Position numbers and translations under genes: made by a program. This document shows positions 12,189 to 25,142 of a stretch of 64,000 bases of DNA, in pieces. Location: positions 62,001 to 126,000 of the forward strand of contig JALDZX010000039.1 of the NCBI GenBank assembly GCA_022813865.1, read 5' to 3'. The stretch's first letter is position 1. Each line of letters starts with the position of its first letter. The notes beneath the pieces are model-generated. The model had not been told where the DNA came from, ran no database searches, and worked only from the letters and a program-made list of their open reading frames with translations. This stretch comes from Xylographa opegraphella. Its lineage: Eukaryota.

Positions 12189-14033
12189 CTAAAATTGTCC
12201 CGCGAGGTCGATTTCCGTCTCAGTTTCTGACAGCTCTGGGGTGGAACAAACAGGAGCTTCCTGCTTTCTGTTCATCGCTATCCTTTGTTCCAGCATGTCT
12301 GACAATACAAACGCTTGCTGCGTACCCATGGCGCGACCTATTTTGCAAAGCATTTCCGCGACCCATCTCTGCACAGGCTCGGTAGCGATGTTTGTGATGC
12401 CTGCAGTATAAAGTGGCCAGAGAAGAGCATATCCTTCCGACATGCGGATAAGTGGTAGATGAGACGAGGAAGATGAAGAGCCTGGGGCCGCAAGAGGATA
12501 AGGATGTTGGCTGCCGAAGTTTGACCAGAGCGATCGTTGAAACGACGAGGGTGAAGCATCAGGCTTGGAAGCATAGCCTATATATTGGGGGATACTGGCC
12601 AGAATGTCGGATTGCAACCGGTAAGTTGTTGACATCGACTTTTGAAACTGGACCGACAGAGCAGCGCCATTATTAGAGCCGTAGTCTATGTTGAGTGAGG
12701 ACGGATTGGTCAACGTGTCGAAATTTGATTCATCTGGGGACACCGTTGTGTACCAGTGCTGCACAGCACAATTTCTTTCCTCCTGGTACTTCGAAAAGGA
12801 TTGAGATTGTGCTAGAAGTGCACCCCGTACTATTTCGTGGAGCAGGATCCTGAAAGTTCGTATTCCATTCCAAATCTGGGCAATCATGAAATCACGGTAC
12901 ACATGGTAGTAGCCCGCATAAATAATGTCTGGGTCGGCATTGGTATATATTGTCTGATATTCCCAGCCAGGTGGTACGTTCGTGCATAGAGAAACAAACA
13001 TGCCATCGAGCTCTAATGCTCGTGCGAGTACAGTATGAAAGTCAGAGATTTTTCCGTGATCCACGTAGGCTTTAAAATTTGTAAATAAAATCATAATCTC
13101 AAAAAATTGCCATATTGGATCACTGGTAGGTTGAAACTTTACGCCTTCATTCCTGAGCTCTTGGATATGCTCAGGCACTTCTAACTGATGTTGTAAACAG
13201 GTAGTCACGAGGCTACTTGTGACCTGCGCAAACATGCGTCTGCCGGCTGGCGTGATCATCTGCTCTGGTCCGCGTATCTTTAGAAGAGCAGCAGCACCGT
13301 TGACATGGTGGGCCCAAGCTTCAATCGAGCGTTGAGTACGACCCGTGACTGTCTCGAACATACCCAGAATCATAATAGAAAGCAAAGTACTGTCCTTCTT
13401 GACGTCCCTAGGGGATTTTAGGGCAGCAGTCGTTAGGCGTATAGCTCTCAGATACTGCTCTCTCGCCTCGATCATGAGCTTAGGAGCTCGAGCGGCATGA
13501 GAAAATCCTGCAAGTCCCAGAGCTTTGATACTACTGGTCATGTTTTCATCGAGAATATGATCCCATAGGCCATCAGTACCAACGACATAATTACTAAAGA
13601 AGTACCCCATAGCACGTTCGTCTATCGTGGGTGCAAGATTGTGGGAGTAAGACAGGGGACCAAGCTCTGAAGAAGTCCGCACGTCTTTTGCGGCTGCCGT
13701 CGACGGTGGGCAAGTCAGATTAGGCGTGGTGGACTCCACGGATAGCCTCTGGATTCCGTTTTGTGTAGTGGCTTTAGCTTTCGCCTTAGCCTTGGCCTTC
13801 CTTGTCACTTCCTCGCTCTCATTTCGAAACATCAAGTCTAGTTGGTTACGATACCCGGGACATTGGCGCCGGGACTTTGCACAATTGGTGCATCCATCAG
13901 GGAGTTTATCACACTGCAACCAAGAAGTACGTTAGTTAACCCCGCATGAGGCTTGCTGATATATTCTACCCACACCTATCTTCCTTTCCCGACATGCTTG
14001 GCATCCATTGGAAGGTTTCCCGCAGTAAACCAT
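12189..14033 (-). CDS. Zn(II)2Cys6 fungal transcription factor
   Basis: Spliced N-terminus MVYCGKPSNGCQACRERKIG|CDKLPDGCTNCAKSRRQCPGYR (intron 13914-13973), followed by a fungal-specific TF region (W..HVNGAAALLKIRGPEQ). Confidence 0.93.
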
Positions 14034-15778
14034 TGTCGTCGTCGAATGTTCAGGGCCTATGAATTAGAATTCCGTGTGAAAGGACAGCGACAATGAAACA
14101 ACGTCGAATGACCATTGAAACTCATAATAGTGATTAGCTGGATCGAATCAACACAGCTGTAGCTATATGGCCAGGCTTGAGGACGAATCATCAGTATGAT
14201 ACCGAACTTGTCGACGCAAAGATCTGATGATGAGCGGAAGGGTGGTCCCAGAGGCAACTTCATCAAATTAGGCGTGATCTACAATGGCTCGAATGGATAG
14301 ACGTTGAACTGTGGTACAAGGTTGCCTTGCCGAAAGGAGTGATAGCGCAGGTCTAACTATATTTGGAAAGCTCTGCGATGACCAATGGGCTTCCTTGGGC
14401 TCGGATCTCGATCAACATGTAACATTCGGAGTATCCGGAGTACATCCTGGTGGAAGAGTCCAAGATTATACTAGAGATAAAGCATGACAGCTGTGACTCG
14501 AGATCGGGTGTAACGTATATACAATCCATTTCCTTACCATCAGAGGATCATAATTGATGAGGTTTTCATTGTCCGAGCTATTGTTCTTTCTCCATCTTCC
14601 CAGGGCTTGATATATTCTACCCTCCTTTTGCAAGGATGGATCCCCTAATAGTAGGACTATTAGTGGAGCCAGCCAGCAATAGCGTACATAGCTTTTGTCG
14701 GTAATGCAACTGTTTTGCCAGAAAACAGCTCCTCGAGTTCATCTTCAGAAGCCGCCCGGCCACCTTCTACGACTGCAAATATCAGACAGTCTGATAACCT
14801 TCCGACATCATGCATGAGATATGGAGGTACCCTCTCATGGTCAAGTAGAGAACTCAAAGAGAGAATCTAACTGTCAAAGGTTACGCGCTCGTTGCAAGAG
14901 ATCCGGAATGGAAACCCATTACAGCCCGAACTCCTGGTCAGAACCAGCGGCGCAATTGACCGTTTCAACAACTGCTCCTGACTATACTGTACACACGTGA
15001 AGAATTCAAACATAACACAGCGAAAGGGCAACCCGAACAGGCGAAACGTGAGGCGAAGGTAACACAACACGAGGAGAAACAAGCATAGACGAGGGGGCTA
15101 CCACAAGAGGTATAGAGGTTCAGCGTACCACATCGACCACTGAAACTAAGAGTGAAGAAAAAAAGAAGAATCAGTGGAACTAACAGCTTGTTCTATTAAC
15201 GACAACCTCAAAGATAGAACAAAATTAGACGATAAAACGTTTTGCTGATTTTATGCCTTCCAAACTGTTCAAATTCGATTACCGTCAAACTGTCTTCCAC
15301 AGCAGAGCTCATGGCGGATAGAGCTCGAGGGTAGAAGAAAGAGATGGAGTGATACTGCTGATCTAGCAAACAAATGAAGGATACAAACGATCAAATAACC
15401 GTGTAAGAGGAATGCTATTACAATTTTACCAATATTAACTTTCGGCTCTGCACCTCTACCTGCCTCCTCCAAAACTGAGGTTATCTAGTAATCTGCATTT
15501 AGGGTAATATTCCTTTGGAGAGTTTAAGCTCCATTTCAATGTACCAAGGCCTCTCAACCCGAGTATTCTCTTACCTGGGGCTCGGCTTCCTTGGCCTGAA
15601 CCACTCCCAAGCCCAATCCATGAACATGCTCACAAGACTGACTTGTCGCGTCGAGCTCTGATTCGAATTACCCTGTTATGCCCGATCGATCATTCGTATC
15701 ATCCCAGCTACGAGCAGTTTCCTTCTACTACAAAGGCCTCGTTTACCCTCTAAATCCTCCATTCTTATTTTTTCACGC

Positions 15779-16316
15779 TCATTTCCTCTCTCCTTGAATC
15801 GTCGCCACCACCTTTCTCGTATTCTTACTGTCCCTGAACTCCAAATACCATATCCCCTGCCACGTCCCTGTAGCCAGCTTCCCATCTGAAATTGGGATTG
15901 TGACACTGGCACCAATGAGTGCCGACTTAATGTGCGCCTATGTTACCAAAACAGTCAGCCCAAGCTCCATTCCCCAAAACCCAGCAATTCCCCTCTCTCT
16001 CCTTTCATCCCTACAGATGCCATCACTGCCCACGCACCGGCATATCATCCGCCCCCTCGGCATCGTGTCTGTACAGCCCCGTCCTCTTCTTGTCCTCGGG
16101 CACAATCCGATCGAGCGCATCGCTCATGTCCGCGCGCACATCCTCGTCCCAGTTCTCGTTCAGGCTCAGCGCGCAGCTGGTGTGCTGCACGAAGAGGTGT
16201 AGGATGCCGACTTTGAAGTCTTTGAGCTCCGGCAGGGAGGACACAATGTGTGGTGTGACGAGGTAGGAGCCACGGGCGCGGGTCGGCAGGGTGAAGGTCT
16301 TTTGGAAGAAGGACAT
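15779..16316 (-). CDS. UPF0047 / YjbQ family protein
   Basis: MSFFQKTFTLP..RGSYLVT, LHLFVQHTSCALSLNENWDEDVRADM, YRHDAEGADDMP|AHIKSALIG...GTWQGIWYLEFR. One intron at about 15938-16037. Confidence 0.92.
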
Positions 16317-16893
16317 GTTGGCAGAGGTGGTCAGAGGCAGGGGGACAATGGAGCGAGAATAGAGGAAGGATACGGGAAGGTAGAGCAGGGAGATGAAGGT
16401 GCTAGGGAAGAAGGCGAGGATGAAGACGGAGAGGAAGAGAAGAGTCGTTGGGAAGGTGATGGCAGATGGCATGCACGGCTTATAGTAGGTAGTCGAGAGT
16501 GAACAAATTCGAGGAAGAGCCTCGAGGATCGACGTCATGGTTATAACCCGGCATTTGCGGAGTTACAGATTCGGACTAAAAGATAGAATAGGCGAGCCAA
16601 GTCTCGACATCGTCCTAGTTGTGGTTCTCCCACCCTCTTGACTGCAGCCTCGTGTATCCTGACGAATCAGCAACGAGGCGCTCTTTATGATGTTCTACTG
16701 ATAGAAAACAAGGCGTAGCTACCTACTACCGTTTGAAAGCCTTTCCCGTCAGTTTGCGTTTTTCGTCCTTGTGCCTCTCCAACTGTCAATGCTCAGAATT
16801 AGTTTCCTCTATTGAGTCCGGAACTCTTTACGCAGAGTACCTACCGATTGTAGTCTCACTCCATAACTTGAATTCCTTCGCTTGTGATGAGAA

Positions 16894-18400
16894 ATGGACC
16901 CGGCCTCCAGTGTTGCAGGTCTTATCGGTCTTGCTGGACTCTTGTTAAAAAGCGTGTCATTTCTTTACAGCTTCTGTTCGAGCGTTAAGCATGTAAGTGA
17001 GGAAGTGAGCTCGCTTGTAGGAAGTATCGAGAATCTGCAAGCCCTACTCCGGTATATCGAGGATCTCCTCCGCCAAGATGCGGTAAGAGCATTGCAGTCC
17101 ACATGGTCCACTGCTGCGTGGGACGAACGGGTCAAAGAATGTGAGAAAGACTTAGGAGCCTGGCTTCAGGTCATGCAGCTCTTCCAGGCAGGCGATGCCA
17201 AAAGTTTCAAGAAGTATGTCCGGAACATGAAGGCAGCTGCAGACGAGGGGAAATTTCGCAAAATGAGACTTCGTCTTGATGCGCATCACCAGCACTTATC
17301 ATTGCACCTCAATATATTGAATGGGTCAGTAACCCAGACTCATCAGTTTAGGCAGCATAATAAATTCGGACAGAAACATTGGTCTGAAGAACACTCAAAT
17401 GCTCGTAGCTAATAGAGCAGCCGCAGATCGCAGTGATACGAGTCAGGGAGAGGCACAAAGATCGTTGGCTTATAGTCTGAAAAGTATTGCTGAAAGTACT
17501 AAGATAAATCAAACTCTAGGAGAAACCAGCATTGACTACATCCAAAGCGGGCTGAAAGAGTTTGGAGCTCAAGCTAGCACGAATCAATCTGATACCATCG
17601 CATACTTGGAACGAATTGAACAGCGGTGCTATGTTACACAAATGTGCCTGCTTCGATCGGTCAAAAAATCGAAAAGAGCCACTAGATGGCCATCGGTTCC
17701 GAAAATGCCGCCGAAATCACGGATCATTGATCAGGTACCGAGGCCTAATATCAACGAGCTTTTGAGGCAACGTCCCGACACATCCAATGAAAATGTAGAG
17801 ATTCATCATCTAGTGCAGGTTGTTAAGCCGGCAATTCTGATGTATGAGTCCTCCGGTTCTATATTACGAGCATTGCTGCCGCTCGAGGATTCGGTCTACA
17901 CGTCGGTCGGTCTAAGAGAAAAGATTGCCCTCGTGCAGCAACTCCAGAATATGCGCCTAGTGATTTGGCTTCTGCGCCGCGATCGTGTGTGCTCCTCCGT
18001 GCGTGCTGTCCCTGGATACCCTAGCGTATCGAAACTCGGCTTAGAAGGCAGTCTCATGTTCAATTACTTTCGAGATCGGGTGGGCCCACTACGTATCGTT
18101 CGTATGCTGAGAGAAAACGAGGAATTTAACTTGACTTGCTCTTGGCTATCATCTCCCAGAGCCTGCCAGATAGAATGTTACGACACTTCGTCGCACTGGA
18201 TGCTTCAAATGGCCAGGTCCCATTATATCCTTGACGCCCACCCAGACAGGATGTGTTACAGAACTGCGGTATGCAAAAACAACTGGCGAGTATTCTTCGG
18301 ACACCAGGGCGACAAAGATCGACCAGAAGTATCTGAAGAAATTGTCGAAGTCTTTGTAAGCCACATCAATTCAGAGGAAGTCACTGCTGACTGTACTTAG
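16894..18400 (+). CDS. Protein with a HeLo-like / fungal STAND N-terminal domain and no recognisable NTPase domain
   Basis: MDPASSVAGLIGLAGLLLKSVSFLYSFCSSVKHVSEEV..L..LQALL is the typical N-terminal helical domain. Intron 17325-17373 (GTCAGT..CAG) joins ORFs 16894 and 17399 in frame. Confidence 0.7.
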
Positions 18401-18904
18401 CGCAAACTCCTGAGTGACGACTATTGTTTAGAAGACCTTGTTGTTCAAGCGATGGCCAATCGTGGTCAAGTTTGAAAAAGAATTACAGTCGTTCATTCGT
18501 CCACGTTGAAACGTTCTAGCACAACGTTCGCCTTAGCTTACGACAATGAACTTATAGCAGAAGTTACGAATATCAGATGGGCAGCTGGAATCCGAGTACT
18601 GTGCATTTCCTGACTACGGTTCAGACGATTAACGGTACTACTGGGCTCGAGCGATTATAATGGCAATTCACAGCAACAAATGACTGTCAATCGTGGTGTT
18701 TCGGTCATTTTCTGCCATGACAACGCCTCTTGCACTCAATTCACATACGAAGTGATGCATCTTCGAGCAAGACTTTGTGACTTTAGCGTCTATGTTGCGA
18801 AATGAGATCTTTACCCTCAAACACCAGATACGTCAATTGAAAGCCAGAATCTACTCTAAATCTATCCTAGCTCAAGCTCCAACACAATCGTCAACTTCTG
18901 CGAC

Positions 18905-19822
18905 TCACTTCTTCGCCTTCCCATACATACTGCCCTCCGCCCACGTCGCGAAGTCCCGCAAGCCCTTCCCGGCCTGCATCCCCCTGAGTCTCTCGACATC
19001 AGCTCCAAACCCCCTCTCCCGGATGAAGCGAATCATCAGCCCGACATCCTTGACCGCCCACATCACAAAACTCGCCAAAAAGCCGAACGTCGTCGGTATG
19101 CTCTGGCCCGTCTTCTCCCGGAAGATCCTCTCCGCCTCGTCCCACGTCAGCTCGTCCCCGGCCAACGAGTAGGCCTTGTCCTTGTACTCTGGGTTCTCCG
19201 GCTCCATGAAGGCCGCCGCGCCGAACGTCCCAATGTCCGTCGTGGCGATGACCTGCATCTTCCTGCCATCCAGATGATCCCGCCACGCCGTCGCGGTGAT
19301 CTTGCCAACGAAGCCAGCCTCCAGGTTGTCGAGGAAGAACACGGGGCGCAGGATGGTGTAGCTCAGCTTGCCGCCGCTGGCCTGCGCGGCCTGCATCAGG
19401 TGCTGCTCGATGTGGTGCTTGGTGATGAAGTGCGGCACGTCGGTGGGGTCGTGCTCGCTCACATCGCCGTGCCGGTCTACGGACGCGTAGACGAATTTTC
19501 GGGCGCCGGCGCGCACGGCGGCGTCCACGAGTGCGTTGCCCTGCGCGACTTCGCCTTTGCCGGGGAGCTGCACGGAGAAGACGCCCCAGGGTGGGGAGGG
19601 CAGCGAGGAGAAGATGGCGGGCGCGTTGTTCATGTCGCCGGTGATGAGCTTGATGCCTGGGGAGAGGGCGGCGAGGCGGGTCGAGGACGCGGAGGAGGGG
19701 TTGCGCGTCACGGCGTAGATGGGGTGGGCGCTGGGGGAGTAGGAGGGGTGGGCGAGGAGGGCGCGGAGGACGGATCCGCCTTGCTTGCCTGTTGCGCCGG
19801 TGATGAGGATGGGCTTCGACAT
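18905..19822 (-). CDS. NmrA-like NAD(P)-binding Rossmann-fold protein
   Basis: MSKPILITGATGKQGGSV, AVTRNPSS, FVYASVDR, VPHFITKHHIE, TILRPVFFLDN; strong GC3 codon bias. Confidence 0.93.
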   Translation of the reverse strand: MSKPILITGATGKQGGSVLRALLAHPSYSPSAHPIYAVTRNPSSASSTRLAALSPGIKLITGDMNNAPAIFSSLPSPPWGVFSVQLPGKGEVAQGNALVDAAVRAGARKFVYASVDRHGDVSEHDPTDVPHFITKHHIEQHLMQAAQASGGKLSYTILRPVFFLDNLEAGFVGKITATAWRDHLDGRKMQVIATTDIGTFGAAAFMEPENPEYKDKAYSLAGDELTWDEAERIFREKTGQSIPTTFGFLASFVMWAVKDVGLMIRFIRERGFGADVERLRGMQAGKGLRDFATWAEGSMYGKAKK

Positions 19823-20722
19823 TGTGGGATGGGGGTGTGGGTGTCTCAGGGTTTTGGGAAGATGAGGCGGTATTGTAGGTATGTGGTAAAAGATGCTGAG
19901 CACAAGTACCGTTGAAGGTGATTGAGAATATGAAGACTGCGGACGAATTGGATTCTGTTAGCAGGACATATATATCACATTGAATGAACCGGTTTATATA
20001 TCTTCGCCGGCTCTCCTGCTGCTCGGATGTCCAGAGGACGGTCCGAGAGAGCAGCGACGGCGCATTGCTGGAGTTTCCGTGCCCATGGAGCTATGGGACG
20101 GGACCCCAGTCTTGCAGATGATATCACCACCGTATCGCGGGCCTTTCGGTTCTTCTCCTGCTTTCGATTGAAGGTTGGAGATTTGGCCTTGATGGGTACG
20201 GAACTGCTCGTCTTCCGGGACACTTGGCACGCTAGCTTTTGGAATGGCCGACCTTTCCTGTCTAGCGTTAGCGTCATTCGCCACTCGGAAGGACGTTCTG
20301 TGCGCTTTCCGAGTGGCCGTACTGTGGTACCTATCAACTATCTGTGCGGAGTGAGGTATCTACCCTACCCGGGTACTCTACTGGACAATCTGCGCCAGTT
20401 GAGAATGGATCTGGGTATCACGAAGGGCTGTGCCAGATTGGACGTGCTAATGATTACTCGGCCGCTTGGTATCTCCTCCGCCAATGTCTGGAGAGGTTAG
20501 TACCGTCCTCTTTTTGCAGCATGCGATTGGTCGCCTCAGGCAGACAGACATGCGCCTCCATTTGTGGGGCCTGGCACAAGGCTGGAGACCTCAATCCACT
20601 GCTGCATGTTGAGACTATTATACGGTGATTGAATTATGTATGATCGGTTTCTTGCCTTGTATTTCCTATTCATCTCGTTTTAAATTGGTTATCCATTTCT
20701 GATGTGAATTACCACAAGCAAA

Positions 20723-22939
20723 ATGCCGAAGCTACCCAATATCTGGTACTGTGGATGGTATGCTCATGGCCCTATGACTGTTGGCTTGGACGAATACTGT
20801 GTATGTCCTTCTTGCCAGAAACTTCGAGATAATTATGCGAGGTATCGAAACGAAATATTGAAATCAACAGAACTAAAGAGTGACAAGTCGAATGTGCCAC
20901 GATATCATGATTTGGTTTCACGTCCTCGGCGGGTTTGGACGATTGCCAGAGGCTCGTCCAATGAGGTTACTTTGACGACAGGTATTGGGAATCCATCAAA
21001 TGCAACAAATTCTATCACCAACCCGGTTTGTTGGTACTGTAGCCATTGTCAACATGGTCCTATGACTGATATAGATACATATTGTTACAACTGCGGAGCA
21101 AACAGCGGCAAGTTCTTAAAGCCCTTGAATGCAACATTTGATACTAGTGCTGAAAGTCCATCGGGTTCGTCTGCAACAGCAGCCGAAGGACAAAATGGGA
21201 CTCAATCGAACCTTTCTCCCGACATTTACCATACTTACAACACTTCGAATCAAACTCGGACTGGCCCTGAAATTGAAAACTTCAAGGGAAACGACATATC
21301 GATATCACCGCGGTCTGCTGACCTCCCTGACTCCGGCCTGCGATATCAAGTTGAACGCGGAATTTCTCAATTCGTCCGCAGTCGACAAACCAAAGTATCT
21401 AACAAGAATGTGGAAGACGACCCCTCAGGCGATGCGGTGGTAACTCCAATTTCAGAGGGTATGGTTTTAGCAAGGCGTGGTGAAAGAGACAGTTACGTGA
21501 GAACTCCGAGAGCGTACGAGCAAGATGTTTCTGCAAGGAAGACGCTTATTGAAATGCAAAATCCAACTCACATAGCCCACGAAAACATTGGGTCTCAAAA
21601 ACACTCAAACATATTGGAATCCAGTGGACAATTCGAGGAAAGCTGTGAACCTTTCACTGCTAAGCATGTTGAAGATATTATATATCATGATACACTTGAC
21701 CCATTTTCCTCTCCATCGCAGCACTCCCAGAGTTCCGAAACTAAGTTGACTGTTACATCAACGAGCAAAAGGCCATCCTTGACAGCCGAGGGTGTCAAAT
21801 TGGCTACTGCAAATAGGGGAGTCTCGCACTTAGGAGAAACTCAAAAAGCATTGAGCGAGAGTAAGTCGAAGACCGGCTCAGATGATGTAAAGCGCAATCG
21901 TTACGAGACGCTGCGACGGCACTGGAGTACGTGGTGCCGACCAAGCATTCGGCCAAGGTACCAAAGAATTGAGTGGACTTGTGTAAGTACGAAACGCTTC
22001 AGTAGAATAGCGAGACTGATTCATGCTAGGATTGTGGGGAGTTCCTTTATGGTGATTTTGAAACAAGCGACCAAGAAGGATTATCCAGGCTGGCGGCCAG
22101 ACTACGTAACCCTGGGCAAGCTGAAGCCGACGAGACGACTCACCAGCAGCCAATCGCCCCACCCCCAGCACCGTCGCCTGTTTCCGCCCAAAGTGATGGG
22201 CAAGTAAGGAAAAAGCACACGGCGGCCACAACGGTCAAGACTTTCAAAGGAAGCCGTTAGCGTAGGATGCAATATGGCCTTGCACCCTGAACCAGGTATC
22301 CCAAAGTTTGTTGAAGTTTGTGTCAACACGGGCAAATGGCACCGAAGCTTAGGAGAAGTGAATATCACCGATGTTAACTGCGACCGCGATCTGTTTGCAT
22401 TGATCAAACAACGCTATGATGAGGTTCGCGGCCACCGGACCAAGCTCTTCTTCCTCGAGCCGGTCAAGGTGGAATGGGTACAGTTCTCTCTCGAAGAGAG
22501 GCATCAAGTCGGTATCATGCTGCATCCGATGGCTGTTCCTCCCAAAAACGAGGTCGATAATCAAAACTACGACAACGCGCCGTGTCCGCTGGAACCACTG
22601 CCTCCTATCCCGGATAACGTCTTCATGCACCACCTACATAATCCAGGCCTGCATCGTCGTCCGATCTGGTTACGCCGTCTTCCCAAGAAGATGAACCACA
22701 GTCTCCTCAATTCAAACGAGGAGCTTGTCACTGGGTGGGGACTGCATATCATCGAGGGACCAAAGTGGAAGGCTATCTGGACTGTCGCTATTTGCCTCTT
22801 GTTTATCAGTGGTGTCGTTTCCACGCTGTGAGCTATTCTCCGCAATGATGTTTCTGGGGGCTTCGGCATTGGGAGCTGGCTAGTGAGTGCTTCGGCGTTG
22901 GGAATGATGGCCTATTTCAGCAAATGTAGTCAGGAGTGA
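20723..22939 (+). pseudogene. Paralog of the 4312-5378 family with N-terminal Cys/His motifs; frameshift at about 22207-22260 and premature TGA at 22829
   Basis: YQRIEWTC|DCGEFLYGDF across intron 21983-22029. That frame stops at 22258-22260, while the conserved part FVEVCVNTG...PPIPDNVFMHHL...RRLPKK...GWGLHIIEG is in another frame. The TM region reads VVSTL*AILRNDVSGGFGIGSWLV...QE*. Confidence 0.65.
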
Positions 22940-23475
22940 TTGGAACAATAATGGGGCAACTTGCAAGAGCGTGTCCTTGGAGAGTTTCTTCGACCGTCAA
23001 AGTACGGATACCGCTCAGCCGATCTTGACATCAAACAAAAGAAGTCACCTGGTAAGTTTTTATATCCGAACAAGATAACTTCACGCGTGTAGAAACATTA
23101 TCGTTGATACTTATTGTTAAAGGTACCTTCCTGCGATTATGACCTATCACTTCAGCTTGTACGCTGTCCCAGTCCTCGTAGTATAGAGGCTCTGCTGACT
23201 TCGAATGTTTCATGTATCAGCATGCAGCACCGTCAATCAGTTTTAATCGTGGCAAGCGAACTGGCCTCATGGTACGGCAAGCGTACAAAAGGAAATGTAT
23301 TTGTATTGGGGGGAAATATTCGATAAAAGAACCAAGCAGTTCATAATTATCGTCTTGATGATATACAAATGTGTCCAGGGATACCAAGCTGCTGTCCTAC
23401 AGTCACAAACAACGCAACACGGTGATGTCGTCAAACCATGAAAAGGCGCAACAAGATGTTTACCGTCAAGTATTA

Positions 23476-25142
23476 TCAAGCAATCGGCCAACTCCCCTTG
23501 ACAGCCTCCACCAAACCTGCCCTGGCAACCACTTCCTTACTCCTCTTCTCCGCCTCCAAGACGATCTCCGCCTCATCCATCGTCAACAGCTTCCCGCCTC
23601 TAACAAGCATCTTCCCATCCACAACCACTATATCCACGTCTCTGCCCGTCGCCGAATACACCACTGCGCTCGCGGGCGAAAACCACGGCTGCATCCCCAC
23701 ACTCCGCACATCGACTGCCACGAAGTCCGCCTTCTTGCCCACCTCCAGACTACCGATCGAACCCTCCAACCCCAACGCCCTCGCTCCGTTGATCGTCGCC
23801 ATTTCCAGCACGTTCTCCGCCGGCACCGCCGTCGGGTCGTAACTCACCGCTTTGTGGATGATCGCAGCGAGCTTCATCTCCTGCATCAGATCATTGCTGT
23901 TGTTGCAGGGCGCGCCATCGGTGCCGAGGCCCACGTTCACGCCCGCCGTTTGCAGATCTCGGACGCGGCAGATGCCGGAAGCGAGCTTCGCGTTCGAGGT
24001 TGGGCAGTGCGCGATGTGCGTCTTCGTCTCGGCTAGCTTGGCGATGTCCGCGTCGTCGAGATGCACCATGTGGACCAGCACGGTCTGCGGGCCCAGGAGG
24101 CCCACCTCTTCGCAGTACGACATGGGCGTGTGTCCGACGGAGGCGAAGAAGGCGCGGTCGGCTTTGACTTCGGCGCAGTGCATCGTGATGGAAATGCCGT
24201 GGGTGCGGGAGAGGGCGCTCATTTCTTTGTAGAGGGCGTCGGACACGCTGACGTTATTAGCGGGTACTAGGAGCGGAGACAGAGAAGGGATGCCTACCCT
24301 CCCGGCGTGCGCGGAGCGAACCACACCCTGATCCGATCATCGGCCGCCCCGTTCCATTTCTCCCACATCTTCACGGCGCCGAGGAGGGACATTTCTCGCG
24401 TCTCGACTAGGCCGGGGTGCATGCTCCATTTCGGGTTATCCGCGTACTTGGCTATGTCCATGACGATCTTGCCGAGGCAGCCGCGAATGCCACTTTCTTG
24501 GACGGCGACGCAGAGATTGTCGAAGTTGTAGCGGTCGGCGAACTACGTTGATTGTTGTGCCGAGCTTAGTGAAATGGTATCACAAAGAGGGGGGTGAGAT
24601 ACAGGGAGACATTCAGCGAACACATGGGAAGGCAACTATCGAAAACAACAAAGCACGCCAGAATTACTATTACTCGTAGCTTCCGAAACATAGTAATAAA
24701 CCTATCACCTACCATACTCTCCAAAAAACACGTCGTCCCCGTCTTCAGCATCTCCGCAATGCTCAACCGCACCGCCGCCAGCGAGTCCTGGTGCGTATAG
24801 TTCCCCTGGAGCACCCAGACGCGCTCGCAGAGCCAAGACACGAGCTCGAGATCATCGGCCGCGCCTGTGGTTTTCGAAAGTCAGCCGCTTTTTCCCCGGG
24901 ACCGTGTTTTTCGGTCGACTACCTCGGATCAACGTCTGCGCCGTATGCACATGCGTGGAGATCAGGCCGGGGATGACGATGCGTCCGGTCAGATCGGTCT
25001 CTTCTTCATGCGGGTGGGCGGCTTTGAGGGTCTGCGTCTTGCCAACGGCGCCGATGAGGTTGCCGCGTACGAGGAGGGCGCCGTCGAGGATGATCTCACG
25101 CGCGCGGTTGACGGTGATGATGGTGGCGTGTGTGTAGAGCAT
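23476..25142 (-). CDS. Metal-dependent amidohydrolase (MTA/SAH deaminase / AtzA-like)
   Basis: IVIPGLISTHVHTAQ metal motif, EMLKTGTTCFLESM, ITMHCAE, LVHMVHL, AHCPTSNAKLASG, GLGTDGAPCNN, GSLEVGKKADFV; three predicted introns. Confidence 0.92.

Noticed and set aside
22829..22831. TGA as a programmed editing or readthrough site
   Set aside because: The same gene also has an unexplained frameshift, so ordinary pseudogenisation is simpler.
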